Shown one piece after another: positions 43,976 through 62,869 of a stretch of DNA of 64,000 bases. The translations under genes and the position numbers were made by a program. The notes under the pieces are model-generated. The model searched no databases. It was not told where the DNA came from and worked only from the letters and a program-made list of their open reading frames with translations. The DNA is taken from contig NIVC01000596.1 of the NCBI GenBank assembly GCA_002269645.1, positions 124,001-188,000 on the forward strand, written 5' to 3'. Position 1 is the first letter of the stretch, and every line of letters starts with the position of its first letter. The DNA comes from Macrostomum lignano. Its lineage: Eukaryota.

Positions 43976-46823
43976 CCCAGTGGCAAAGCCGACCTCGGCC
44001 CGAGCTCGGTCCGCCGAGATCGGGCCGAGCTCGGCGGGTTGACGGCGGTTCTAGCTCGGGCCGACGACCTCGGGCCGAGGTCGGCTGACCGCGGTAATGC
44101 CGAGTAGCTTTGCACTATACTTTCTATTTAGCTTATTATAAAGCTTATATTGCTTCTTACAGATTGACTACATGTAGGTGCCACTTTTACTTTCTATAGA
44201 CTTGTACTGTACATGCACATTCGGTATTACATGAAAAAGAAAATGTGAATGGGAAAACGACATGACACGAATTGAAACCATCGAGTTAAAGATCCCATGT
44301 CATTCCTAGCATGTTAGTGCTTTGCAGTGGTAATGTATATGAGCCTAGTTATGGTGAGCCTCTAGTATAACTAGTTTAATTGATTTCCCCTCGGAATTAA
44401 ATACATATCCACCAGACTCAGTTCTCTGACCCAACAAATATACAACCAACAACCATGTCCAGGATTAAATGATTGTGAAATAAGACAACGATTTAGAAGA
44501 ACTTAAAATAATTGAATTAAAAGAACACCGCAACAGTAAATCCACCACAAGCACACTAGTGTATTATCAAATGCTAATAATGATACAAGATTAACTTTTC
44601 AACCAATAAGCAAGAAAACAAAGAGAAAAAGTAGCTAAACAGCTGAAAACAGAGGTTGAGTTAAGGGTTGTGATACGGATTTGGTTGAGCATTTATAAAC
44701 ATTATAAACTGTAAAGACTTCACTTTAGATTGTAGAACGAGACGCTTGATACGAGGAAAGCGACTGCAATTTATATTGTAAATATTGAGCACGATACATT
44801 GGGTGTAAGAGGCTTAAGGGTGGAGAGCAAGAGCGGCCAGAATGCAGAGCGCACATAAGAATGTACAGCGAAATATCGCAGAAGGGAGCACGCAGCGAAA
44901 CTGGTAAAACACCACCTCAAAACACGGAGTAAAAACAAGCTAACAAAACAAACAACAATTTGCTCAGCCAAGTCACCACACTCCTCCCCACAAAGATTAA
45001 GCGTTGGATAAAAACGAGAATAAAAGACGCAAATCAGTTCACAGTCCATAGAGGAACAGTCCATAGTCACTGGTAGCGCAGCCGGTCAGGTTAAGCTCTT
45101 GCCCTGGTCGAACGTCAAAGTGGCGCCGCAGAGCTCAACTCTGGTGCCTGGCCAGGCGTCTCCGCAGATGCTTCTGTTGATCATCAGGCACCTCGGCACA
45201 TAGCGGTTGCTCAACTTTGGAAGGCGCCGCAGGCACTTGATTGATGTGCCGATGGACCTCTCGACCATTGTCAAACTGGCAAGAGAGACAGCCCTGGAGC
45301 AGTCGGTCAGAACAGCAGGCTTCCAGCTGCCATCAGCAGCAAAGTCCCTCGCAACAACTGCGTTGCCCATCTCAATGTGGTGGTCATGGGCATGACTGTC
45401 ATGCTGCTGCTTCTGCATTGCTTGTGGGGAGGCTTAGAATCTCACCCCATTTTCTCAGTGTTGTATCTAGAACATCAAGGGGGTTAGAAATGAAGCCATA
45501 TGATGAAAAGATAAAAAAATTGGAGTCAAATGCATAAATGGAAAAACACAAAAATGATACCCAAATCTGGCCTATAGAACAAAACTGATGCCAAATGTGG
45601 CATAGGGCCCTAGTATATAAAAATAGCATCAAGATCTAGTCTATAGTGCAAAATAAAGTAAAAACCTATTATAGTAATATAAGTATACTGTAGTTATACT
45701 AAAAAGTCATTAGAAAAATAATATAGTATAATATGAATACTGTGAATCAATTTAAAAAAGTAAAAAATCTGGCATATATAGCAAAATTACATTAAATTGC
45801 CTGCCATAAAATGCACAATTGGCATTATATCCTGGCCTATAGTACATAAACAATGCCTTAAATTAACTGATTGTATGTAATTCATGATGGCATTGCCATG
45901 GGCCTAGACAAATGAAAAAATAAGAAGCTAAATATAGTAAGGATAAAAATATCATAGGAGATTAAAAACCTGGCTTTATTTAGCTTTAGGCCAAGCAAGT
46001 TTACATAGCATCAGTGTAGTTAACTTCAACTAGCTATAGTTCAATTAGTTTCGGCTTAACTGTAAGACTAAGTATGTCTCTGGAATTTTTGCCGAAACAT
46101 CTAAATGCTTCCAAAGAACGTGTAATAAAATAATAACTAAGAAGCTAAATGAATTGCCACGTTAAAAAGAGCCAGACACTGTTTACAATTGACTAAAAAA
46201 CCACTCATGATACGTCCGACTACATGGGAGCAATATATTCAAATGAATGGCAAAAAAATGAGCAATAATTACGCCTTAAGTAAATTCTGAAGCAGTTTAT
46301 TATTTATTTATATTTTTACTAACGAAGCTATGTTCTTTTATCTGGTAAATTACTCATATATATAATTGTTAAAATCCAGTACTTCGAATTTTCCGTACCT
46401 ATAACGCATGCACTTCATGGTCGTCTCGAAGGAGAATAAATCCATAAAAGTCAAATCGCCTACTCAACGAGGAAACTAATTCAGTAAAAACACAATTAGT
46501 ATGTGTAAAAAGCACATTACACCACTTTGGTGGATCAAAAGTGCTGTATGATTGCGTTGTTTTTGTTTATTGCAAAAGAGTCACTTTTTCAGTGTAAATT
46601 ATTCATCTATATTTATGCGGTGTTCTTTTTTAATCATATCGAATTGATTATTGTAGGTAAATTCTGCTTAATTGATTAAAAATTTTAATCGGTTAACGGC
46701 GCGGCACCCCGAGATTCTCCCGAGTTCGGGCCGATGTCGGCTGGCCGACTTTAGCATGGCCGATCGAATGCCGAGTGGCCGACGTCGGCCCGAGCTCGGA
46801 CCGAGCTCGGCTTTGCCACTGGG
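43976..46823. mobile_element. Non-autonomous DNA transposon, 2848 bp, CCCAG-start TIRs, 2-bp TSD (CACTA/EnSpm-like)
   Basis: TIR cccagtggcaaagccga(c/g)ctcgg(c/t)ccgagctcgg (32/34 identical); TSD AC at 43974-43975 and 46824-46825; GC-rich palindromic subterminal repeats (gccgagctcggc). Confidence 0.85.
44669..45400 (-). mobile_element. 3' end of a Gypsy-like LTR retrotransposon (integrase C-terminus, PPT, LTR)
   Basis: Frameshifted GNAVVARDF...GSWKPAV...QFDNGREVHRHINQV (~45200-45400); PPT ggggaggag at 44981-44989; 312-bp LTR TGT...ACA at 44669-44980. Confidence 0.7.
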
Positions 46824-48206
46824 ACGTTTTTTCAGCCGGACGGGGCCCTAGCGCACATAGCCACTATCGTGCAGAATTGGTTGGCCAAGAACATGTCGTT
46901 CTGGAGACATATTCTTTTGGCCACCGCAGTCACCGGATTTACATGTAAAACCCACTGAACTTCGCCATCTGGGCGCGTGTAGAGTCAGAGGCCTGCACCG
47001 TTCGCCACCCCAATGTCGCACGTGTGACAGTGTGATTCGTAGAAGCGCGTATCGTATTTATTTATTTTCATATGCATACCGTACTACTACTGTATTCTTC
47101 CATTATTCGTACGTATTATCAGCGCGCTATTTTTACTGTTAATTGCTTTGTTTTTGTAGCCTCGTATGTATTTATTCTATTATTTGTATTTCATTCATAT
47201 CGTTATTATTTCTCGTAAAGTAGTTCTACCTATGTACTTGTACTGACGTATGTTATTCTTGCATGATATATTTATCGATTAATTTGTACATGTACATTGC
47301 GCGCCGCGTGGGGGGTTGTTTGTCTGGGTTTTGGATTAAGGGTGTTGTTGTTATCTGTTTACCTTTAAATATATGCTTACACTACAGTCAGCAGCCGCTC
47401 TCGCCCTTCCCCTTGCTTCGCTTCTCGACCTAGGCTCGCTAACCCTTAGCTGTGACGCTGTCTGGCCTCCTTACACCAACTCTTCCGCCGTCTACCTTGG
47501 CACACCAATTAATTAATTAAGTGATCCAGCAATTTTAAGTAGCATTAGCAAAAGTCTGAGGGTTGAAGCGGCTTGCCGATCTGCTAATTAATCGTGAACT
47601 ATCTAAATTAACCGCTACACAAATCCGTCTTTATTCGCCTTATTCGTCACACACGGACCTCTCCTCCAATTTTCCAGATTCTCACACGGACTGTGACTGA
47701 GCGCATTAACGTGGGCAATGTTTAAATTTCTATGTAAAGAAAAATAGTAAGTTTGTAATACATACAAAAATTTCTACTTCTTTAAACTGGTCATATTGTT
47801 TACTAAATCTTCAATAATGTTTAAAGCAGTAACAAATTGTTATATCTCATAAAGTATTTAAAAAGTGGCTAATCATTCTGCGCGCAATACATTGATATGT
47901 TCTGATTCCGAGAAACAATTCATTTCACTTGCTCTTCATAGTATATTTTTACGTTTAATAACTATTCTCTTTGGAAACTATTACTAAACACCGAATTTAT
48001 CAGACTATACTTACAGGCGTACTACAAAGACCTACTCGTAGCCAGTGCTATTGCAGTAGCCCTATTGCTTAATAATTTCAAGATTTGAATTAAGCAAAGC
48101 TTTAAAGTTTAACTTATTTTTGACAGTGCTTCTAAAAGTATTATTACTATATTTTTTATTAGTTGGAAATTTTCAGACCAGATCCAGCCAACCAAATATA
48201 AGAATA

Positions 48207-54308
<6,102 letters not shown>

Positions 54309-54891
54309 AGTCGCTACTGCTATAATACTTATAACTGACCAGCAGGTCACTGATGTTGGATTCTGCACCTGCGTCCTGTTTACCCAAGAAATGATTGACT
54401 TTTTATGTCAGCTTCTTACTGTCTGCAGTTATTTAAAATTCATTTCAAGTTTTAGCAATCACCTCATGCATATTCGGTAGGCGTGAATAGTATAAAGTAC
54501 ATTCAGTCTTTTTGCATTGATTCAACGTAAACACGCACCTTGGTCCCACTAAATTTTGAAATATGTCAAAATATGGCTTTATTGGTGCTAGTATTCTTTT
54601 CTCTTCATCAAAATTTTCAGTTCGGTTCAGGTAAAAATGCAAGCTTTTCAATTGCTGGGATTTACGATTAAGCACTACTATAGAAGCTGTTTGAAGGCCT
54701 GTTGTTTTATTGCAAATATTGAATCAGCCTTCAAAAATGCTTTTTAAGATCATATTGGTGGCCGTGTACAGTCTGAATTGCTTTTAACTTTAAATGTCAA
54801 AATGTACTTTCAAGTAGTCTTATATATATTATAATTAACCTCTATTGTGTATATAAAGATAATCCTACTAAACACCAAATAAATATAATAT

Positions 54892-54974
54892 TTAAGATCA
54901 ACATTTATGGCGAAGACCAACGCGTTTCAACCCACTAGGGCCGCGTTGGTTTTCGCCATAAATGTTGATCTTAA
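54892..54974. other. 83-bp hairpin (33-bp stem, 1 mismatch, 17-nt loop)
   Basis: ttaagatcaacatttatggcgaagaccaacgcg / cgcgttggttttcgccataaatgttgatcttaa. Confidence 0.9.
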
Positions 54975-55261
54975 GCTTTATTTATTTGCTATTAATTAAA
55001 CGAGCAACTCTACCACAAATATAATATTTGCTTAATTAGACAGTTTGCTTATTTATTCAGACTGTTGTGATGCGCTTCTGTTGTCTTATTTTGTAACTAA
55101 CAGTGTTTGTGATTTAATAATAAATTTAGTTGTCTCTCAGTTTGCTATTTCATTCATTTTTAGCGGCATTCTTCATATTATATGTACACACCTGTGTTAC
55201 TAAAAAGTGTTTATTGAATTTAATTGTGCAGGGCAAGAGAAATTTTGAAAGGAGTTGGCTA

Positions 55262-55870
55262 GGTGTTTGAGCTGCAGAGAGAAGTTGTACAGGGAGTGGG
55301 GGTGTTTGAGCCGCAGAGAGAAGTTGTACAGGGAGTGGGGTGTTTGAGCTGCAGAGAGAAGTTGTACAGGGAGTGGGGTGTTTGAGCTGCAGAGAGAAGT
55401 TGTACAGGGAGTGGGGTGTTTGAGCCGCAGAGAGAAGTTGTACAGGGAGTGGGGGTGTTTGAGCTGCAGAGAGAAGTTGTACAGGGAGTGGGGGTGTTTG
55501 AGCCGCAGAGAGAAGTTGTACAGGGAGTGGGGGTGTTTGAGCTGCAGAGAGAAGTTGTACAGGGAGTGGGGTGTTTGAGCTGCAGAGAGAAGTTGTACAG
55601 GGAGTGGGGGTGTTTGAGCTGCAGAGAGAAGTTGTACAGGGAGTGGAGTGGGTGTTTGAGGGGCAACGAGAAGTTTGCAGGCAGTGGGGGTGTTTGAGAG
55701 GCAGAGAGAAGTTGTGCAGGCAGTGGGGGTGTTTAAGGGGCAGAGGGAAGTTGTGCAGGCAGTGGGGTTGTTTAAGGGGCAGAAAGAAGTTGTGCAGGGA
55801 GTGGGGTGGGTGTTTGAGGGGCAAAGAGAAGTTTGCAGGCAGTGGGGGTGTTTGAGAGGCAGAGAGAAAT
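55262..55870. repeat. 39-40-bp minisatellite between the convergent PSMC5 and kinase 3' ends
   Basis: Unit gtgtttgagctgcagagagaagttgtacagggagtgggg. Confidence 0.95.
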
Positions 55871-56170
55871 TTCACAAGGAGAGGTGGGTCTAATTAAGTG
55901 CTTTGATAGATGCAAAGGTTTTTTACTTTTATACGAGCGCATCTGCGTATGTACGAGTACATGTATAAATTATGAAGTAGGAAGGACTAACGAGTATATC
56001 GACTAAGCCAAAAGTTGCTTTTAAATAAACGTTTTTTTTCTTCAAGAAAATTAAAGAGATGCATCAATCAAAACGAAAATTCAACTTAAACGTAATTGAT
56101 TTCTTCAATTTTATGCACCGCGGCGTATAGCTTTCGGTAATCTTAGTCCTGTGTCCATGGCCCGATTCTT

Positions 56171-57078
56171 CTAGCAGTCAAGCTTCTGCAGCGTCGTCTG
56201 CCGCAAGTAATTGCGCTGGAAAGATATGCGATCATTTTTAGCACGGACCATGAAATGCGGGGACACGGTGAGTGCGGTGGTTGTTCTATGGGTAAGGAAA
56301 ATACGCATGTGGAGTGAGGTGGGTGTTTAGAGAGGTAAGGAAAATAGGCAGTGGAAGTGAGGTGGGTGTTTTGAGGGGTAAGAAAAAAGGCAGGGAGTGT
56401 GAGGTGGTTGTTCTAAGGGGTAAGAAAAATACGCAGGGGGAGTTAGGTGGATGTTTTGAGAGGTAAGGAAAAAAGGCAGAAGGATTGAGGTGGGTTTTCT
56501 GAGGGTAAGGAATATTACGAGCGTACAATAAACAATGGCGTACCTATTAACAATAAACTCGCTAGCAAACACTGCCTCGTGCGAGCCTTTAGCTTGCCAA
56601 AAGTGGCGCCTGCGGTGGCTGCGGCGGTAAAAACTGCCGTCAAGCAGCAGCGCGCAGTCGGCTTCGACGGCCGTCCGCTGCATTGTCGCTGCCCAGGGCT
56701 TGTTCGAAGAGCTGTTATTGTATAGTCGCTTCTGCTTCATCTCGGCCTCGTGTTGCAGAAATTCCAGTCGTTCTTTGCTGGATAGGGAGATAGGATAAGA
56801 TCAATAACTTACGCGTCGATTGAACTGCATAGATGGCTGTCTATCAGGCCATTTGGGATTTTGTTTCAATTCGAGAATTCAAGAGTATTGGGTTTCATTT
56901 CCCGGAAATCAAAACAGCTCAATCAAAGTGTAGAACAATTTGATTTTCACTTATAAACTTACTGACGCATGATGGGCAACGGCTGGTCTGTGGTTGCATT
57001 TAGTGGATGGTTTTCGGGCGCCGACAGCCACGGGTGCTTCAGAAGGTCGCTGGCGTTGGGTCTGAAGTATAGGGGGGG

Positions 57079-57142
<64 letters not shown>

Positions 57143-60100
57143 AGTCCTCACCGGTTGTACAGAGTGGATAAAATGCTGCTAATAAAATCCACCGCGTTCC
57201 TCGAGGCCGCCGACCATTCTGGCGCCGAAAAGTCCAAAGCGAAGTGGCGCTTCACAATGCAGCGCGCCATCTCTGTGACGTTGGCGCCGCGAAATGGAAA
57301 ATCCCCGGTGAATAGAAAGTACACGATGACACCGGCTGCCCAGCAGTCGATCTTAGTTGAGTACTCCTGGCTGCTAATCAGCTCCGGGCTCATGTACTCA
57401 AAGCTGCCGATTATAGTGTTCTTCAGAGTGAAGAATGACTGCCCTGCCGCCAGCTCCACGGCGTAGCCGAAGTCGCTGATCTTCAGCACCATCTCGCCGC
57501 TGGTGGCCTGCGGTTTCAGGTCAACGGGCGACTGTACTGGCTCTCAGCTCTGCCTCTCACAGCCTACTTTGCCTTCAGTCTCTCCCTTCAGTGTCTCCCT
57601 TCGTCTCCCCCTTCAGTGTCTCCCTTCAGTCTCTCCCTTCAGTCTTTCCCTTCAGTGTCTCCCTTCAGTGTCTCCCTTCAGTGTCTCCCTTCAGTGTCTC
57701 CCTTCAGTGTCTCCCTTCAGTCTCCACTTTCAGTGTCTCCCTTCAGTGTCTCCCTTCAGTGTCTCCACTTTCAGTGTCTCCCTTCAGTCTCCACTTTCAG
57801 TGTCTCCCTTCAGTCTCCACTTTCAGTGTCTCCCTTCAGTGTCTCCCTTCAGTGTCTCCACTTTCAGTGTCTCCCTTCAGTCTCCACTTTCAGTGTCTCC
57901 CTTCAGTCTCCACTTTCAGTGTCTCCCTTCAGTCTCCACTTTCAGTGTCTCCCTTCAGTGTCTCCCTTCAGTGTCTACCTTCAGTGTCTCCCTTCAGTCT
58001 CCACTTTCAGTGTCTCCCTTCAGTCTCCACTTTCAGTGTCTCCCTTCAGTGTCTCCCTTCAGTGTCTCCCTTCAGTGTCTCCCTTCAGTATCCACTTTCA
58101 GTGTCTCCCTTCAGTCTCCACTTTCAGTGTCTCCCTTCAGTGTCTCCCTTCAGTGTCTCCCTTCAGTGTCTCCCTTCAGTCTCCACTTTCAGTGTCTCCC
58201 TTCAGTCTCCACTTTCAGTGTCTCCCTTCAGTGTCTCCCTTCAGTCTCCCCCTTCAGTCTCCACTTTCAGTGTCTCCCTTCAGTGTCTCCCTTCAGTGTC
58301 TCCCTTCAGTGTCTCCCTTCAGTGTCTCCCTTCAGTCTCCACTTTCAGTGTCTCCCTTCAGTCTCCACTTTCAGTGTCTCCCTTCAGTGTCTCCCTTCAG
58401 TGTCTCCCTTCAGTGTCTCCCTTCAGTCTCCACTTTCAGTGTCTCTCTTCAGTCTCCACTTTCAGTGTCTCCCTTCAGTCTCCACTTTCAGTGTCTCCCT
58501 TCAGTCTCCACTTTCAGTGTCTCCCTTCAGTCTCCACTTTCAGTGTCTCTCTTCAGTCTCCACTTTCAGTGTCTCCCTTCAGTCTCCACTTTCAGTGTCT
58601 CCCTTCAGTCTCCACTTTCAGTGTCTCCCTTCAGTCTCCACTTTCAGTGTCTCCCTTCAGTCTCCACTTTCAGTGTCTCCCTTCAGTCTCCACTTTCAGT
58701 GTCTCCCTTCAGTCTCCACTTTCAGTGTCTCCCTTCAGTCTCCACTTTCAGTGTCTCCCTTCAGTCTCCACTTTCAGTGTCTCCCTTCAGTCTCCACTTT
58801 CAGTGTCTCCCTTCAGTCTCCACTTTCAGTGTCTCCCTTCAGTCTCCACTTTCAGTGTCTCCCTTCAGTCTCCACTTTCAGTGTCTCCCTTCAGTCTCCA
58901 CTTTCAGTGTCTCCCTTCAGTCTCCACTTTCAGTGTCTCCCTTCAGTCTCCACTTTCAGTGTCTCCCTTCAGTCTCCACTTTCAGTGTCTCCCTTCAGTC
59001 TCCACTTTCAGTGTCTCCCTTCAGTCTCCACTTTCAGTGTCTCCCTTCAGTCTCCACTTTCAGTGTCTCCCTTCAGTCTCCACTTTCAGTGTCTCCCTTC
59101 AGTCTCCACTTTCAGTGTCTCCCTTCAGTCTCCACTTTCAGTGTCTCCCTTCAGTCTCCACTTTCAGTGTCTCCCTTCAGTCTCCACTTTCAGTGTCTCC
59201 CTTCAGTCTCCACTTTCAGTGTCTCCCTTCAGTGTCTCCCTTCAGTGTCTCCCTTCAGTCTCCACTTTCAGTGTCTCCCTTCAGTGTCTCCCTTCAGTCT
59301 CCACTTTCAGTGTCTCCCTTCAGTCTCCACTTTCAGTGTCTCCCTTCAGTCTCCACTTTCAGTGTCTCCCTTCAGTCTCCACTTTCAGTGTCTCCCTTCG
59401 GTGTCTTCCTTCAGTGTCTCCCTTCAGTCTCCACTTTCAGAGTCTCCCTTCAGTCTCCCTTCAGTGTCTCCCTTCAGTCTCCCCCCTTCAGTGTCTCCCT
59501 TCAGTGTCTCCCTTCAGTCTCCCCCCTTCAGTCTCCCCCCTTCAGTGTCTCCCTTCAGTGTCTCCCTTCAGTGTCTCCCTTCAGTGTCTCCCTTCAGTCT
59601 CCCCCTTCAGTGTCTCCCTTCAGTCTCCCCCTTCAGTGTCTCCCTTCAGTCTCCCCCTTCAGTGTCTCCCTTCAGTCTCCCCCTTCAGTGTCTCCCTTCA
59701 GTCTCCCCCCTTCAGTCTCTCCCTTCAGTGTCTCCCTTCAGTCTCCACTTTCAGTGTCTCCCTTCAGTCTCTCCCTTCAGTGTCTCCCTTCAATTATTAT
59801 CCGATTCTGTTACGAGTCAAATAAATCTAACAAATAAATCATAAACCAGATGTCATTTTTTGCTGCGAATTTTTACCTCGTAGCTGCTGAAGCTGTGGAT
59901 ATTACTGATAGTAATATAATTACCAAAGCCTTTGTCACACTTACGTCACTTTTTGCCAGCAGATTCTCCAGCTTCAAATCCCTGTGCATTATTCTCTTCT
60001 CGTGCAAGTAGGCCAGTCCGCTAAATAACTGCTTAGCCGCTTCTCGAATCGCCCTCTCGCCAAAGTTCGGACTAGTCACCAGGGCCAAGCAGATGTCCAG

Positions 60101-61307
60101 CTGATCGGCAAATTCGAACACCATCCGCTTGATGTCTGGCTCGTCCGAGAACACCGCCACTAGTCGGATGATGTTGCGATGGTCCAGTCTGAGCAGGATG
60201 GACTCTTCGTTGCGAATTAATTGTCTTTGATAACTCGACAGCAGCTTATCTTCGAGCACCTGCAGTGCGGGGATTATGCCGGCCTCTGGATTTCTAATTG
60301 TCGCCTGATTCGTGTGGGGCAGTGTACATCTGCCTCCCTCTCTCTCTCCCTCGTTCGCTTGGTCCAGCGCTATCACTGCCCCGTACAAGTACGTACAGCC
60401 AACCACTCACTTCAATAATTGATTTAGCTCGTATTACGCAATTAGTCATAGCCAAATATAAGCCGGTCCTGCTAAGTGCAAGCGGCCTTTGAGATATTCT
60501 TCATGCCTGCCTAGCACCATATCGCGGCATTAACTTTTCTACAATTCTGTCTCTGGATTTCTAATTGTCGCCTGATTCTGTCTCTGGATTTCTAATTGTC
60601 GCCTAACTCAGTCTCTATAGATTTCTAATTGTCGCCTAACTCAGTCTCTATAGATTTCTAATTGTCGCCTAACTCCAGTCTCTATAGATTTCTAATTTTC
60701 GCCTAAATCAGTCTCTATAGATTTCTAATTGTCGCCTAACTCAGTATTGGAAATCCTCCGTCTCTTTTTTCAGTGTAAATTTCTAAGCGTTGCCTAATTC
60801 CATCTCTGCATTCCTGAATGTGGGCCCAAATCCGTCCACCGGTCGAATTCCTTGGAATTATGCCTTCTAATTCAGCCAGTGCAGCAACCCGGCACCCACC
60901 TTCACCGCAAAGTTCTTATTACTCTGCCGGTCAACGCAACGATAAACGCTGGCGTAGCTTCCACTGCCGATGACATTCTCCAGCTTGTACACCCGGTGAA
61001 ATGCCTGCGGCGCCGGCGAGCTTGTCGTTGAAGATGGAGACGGCGGTGTCGGCGGCGCCTCCTCGACATTGGCAGACGGCGATTTTGACTTCCCCGACGC
61101 TTTCGCTGCCGCAGCTGTTGAAGCCGTGGACGCCGAGTTTAAAGTGCACACGGAATCAATATTGTCCAGTATCGAGGATGCGCTCGATGTCAAGGAGGCT
61201 GGCGAGCCACGACTGTCGTAGCGAGCGAAGCTTCCGCAGCTGCTCCTGCTGTTGCTGCTAGTGTATTCTGCCTCCACAGCATTTCTTCGACCCGGCGATG
61301 GCGGCAT
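56171..61307 (-). CDS. CAMK-group serine/threonine protein kinase (~508 aa)
   Basis: Exons 60900-61307, 59945-60259, 57152-57507, 56963-57061, 56544-56777 and 56171-56285 (1527 nt; last two less certain). Intact motifs GSGSYASV, AVK, HRDLKLEN, DFG, GSFEYMSPE, DCWAAGV, RPNASDLLKHPWL. Confidence 0.9.
57077..57143. repeat. (GTCT)n microsatellite making up most of kinase intron 3
   Basis: About 16 copies. Confidence 0.97.
57570..59792. repeat. 13-bp minisatellite with a central 26-bp dimer block in kinase intron 2
   Basis: Monomers cccttcagtgtct / cccttcagtct and dimer cccttcagtctccactttcagtgtct. The ~750-aa ORFs are artefacts. Confidence 0.98.
60552..60745. repeat. ~33-bp repeat (gatttctaattgtcgcctaactcagtctctata) in kinase intron 1
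   Basis: About 6 copies. Confidence 0.9.
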
Positions 61308-62018
61308 TAGTCAGTTATATACGCTGCTTCCTGGACACTGGTAGCTGGCTCTGTCTTTTGAAATCAACTTAGCGAAGTCGGAACTTCTGAGCGATGAATG
61401 CTTGATGTCCTTTTTCAAACCGAGTTTTATCACTTCGCTACGGGCCATAGACTTTTGCACATTCGTTATGTAGTTTTATATTCGTACCTATAAGTTTACA
61501 TATGTATCAGTTCGACGATTTCCAAATACATGCAGCGTCAATACGTACGTATGTACATAGGAACCCGTCAAGTGTACATGTACACCATAGATTTGCGAAT
61601 TCTGATGATCGTCCAGTTTCGTAACTCGAGCCCAACCCGCACGATTTTCCGCAAATTGCATGGATTTGGGCGTCAACAAATCGCGCTTAAATAATTCGGG
61701 TGTCAACTTTGTTGAGAATTTACGTTTGAGTTGCATTAATTTAGAAAATATAAATTCTAGCATTGAAGTCAGCGTAGTCGGAACATATTTTCAAAAGTGG
61801 GGGGCTATTGGTGGGAGGGCACATTGTAATTATACTTTTACCCAGACGCAATGAAAAAATATTTTGGCCATTATTCCACAGTTTTGATGTGTACCATAGA
61901 CATTTGGATTGAAAAAATCCATCGCTCAGTATTTTTGTTAATAAATACAGAACAACAAGAAGTAAATGAACAAAAAGGAAAAATCATTAAAACTAAAGTA
62001 CCAGCTACACGAAAAGAG

Positions 62019-62649
62019 TTAATAATAAATGTCACAGCCAGTGCAGTTCATCAGTTTGTAGTCGAAATTTGACAATGTAAAAATCAATTTGTCACCCAAA
62101 GTGAAACATGCACAGTTCTCAAAGCCGCAGTTTCCACAGATGCTCGACACTTTAGCCTGATGATTTGGCACTGCAAAAGGAGTTGGTCTATGTTGAATGT
62201 TTTCTATGAAAGAGAAATACAGGTGCTCAAGTATAGTTGCCGAACTTACCATTTGAAAGATGCACGTCTTGGTTAAGTTGGCATGCGACTGATGAGCTTC
62301 GTCTGATGAGCTTCTTTGGTACCGCAGTATCCAAGCAGGGATTCTTTGGGACTGTCGGCTGCTCGACTGAATCGATTGGCCGCTTTCAGGCATCGTTTAT
62401 AGCCGTCGAGGCGTTGAAGACTGCATGGTCGCGTTTTCTTCCTAGGTAGCGCCGCACGGTTCGTTCAGTCGTCGACAGGAAGATTTTTTCAATTAATAAG
62501 CGCGGCTGTTTGACGAGATGCACTATAGCCATAGTTGTTTGACAAGACAAATAGCTTTTTCTCCCACTACTCGCTTTCCTGATTTCTTGCAAGACGCAAG
62601 CAAAATCAGCACTCATCACAGTGTTGTCTATGGTCAAACTAAGCCACAC
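62019..62649 (-). pseudogene. Intron-containing pseudogene fragment, possibly the C-terminus of a Crypton-like tyrosine recombinase
   Basis: One frame runs from 62649 through a single TGA (62386-62388) and a 46-bp GT-AG intron (62204-62249) to 62019. Contains IEKIFLSTTERTVRRY and a terminal SICGNCGFENC; weak recalled similarity only. Confidence 0.35.
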
Positions 62650-62778
62650 AACTCAGTCGTCTATGGGTAAAACAACTCTTAAAACAGCCAATTGAAGCAT
62701 GATAAAAAGTGTGGAATAATGGCCGCAAAAGTGTGGAATAATGACTGAGCGCTGAGTGAAAGTATAAATACAATGCAC

Positions 62779-62869
62779 TTGTATAGTATGCAACTGAGTT
62801 GAATAATGGCCATAGACACTCGTGCACTCGAGTTTTGGCCATTATTCAACTCAGTTGCATACTATACAA
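62779..62869. other. Perfect 34-bp inverted repeat hairpin
   Basis: ttgtatagtatgcaactgagttgaataatggcca / tggccattattcaactcagttgcatactatacaa; the loop contains an inner actcg...cgagt stem. Confidence 0.92.

Larger units (their letters stand above)
43742..47030 (+). mobile_element. Degenerate Tc1/mariner-superfamily (maT/DD37D-like) transposase split by an insertion
   Basis: Left part (43742-43975): RILIFSDEKNFTVDPV, SVM.MLGVVAS, GYRLN, LLPWVT, GKPY. Right part (46826-47030): VF-QPDGALAH, VQNWLAKNMSFW, PPQSPDL, NPLNFAIW, ESEACTVRHPNV. Confidence 0.8.

Noticed and set aside
47343-47502. Possible solo LTR (aaggg|TGTTG...GGCACA)
   Set aside because: Short, with no TSD or second copy found.
57503-59844. 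~750-aa ORFs in three frames
   Set aside because: 13/26-bp satellite inside kinase intron 2, antisense to the gene.
62288-62312. Two CTGATGAG motifs suggesting a hammerhead ribozyme
   Set aside because: No correctly placed GAAA or stem II pairing.
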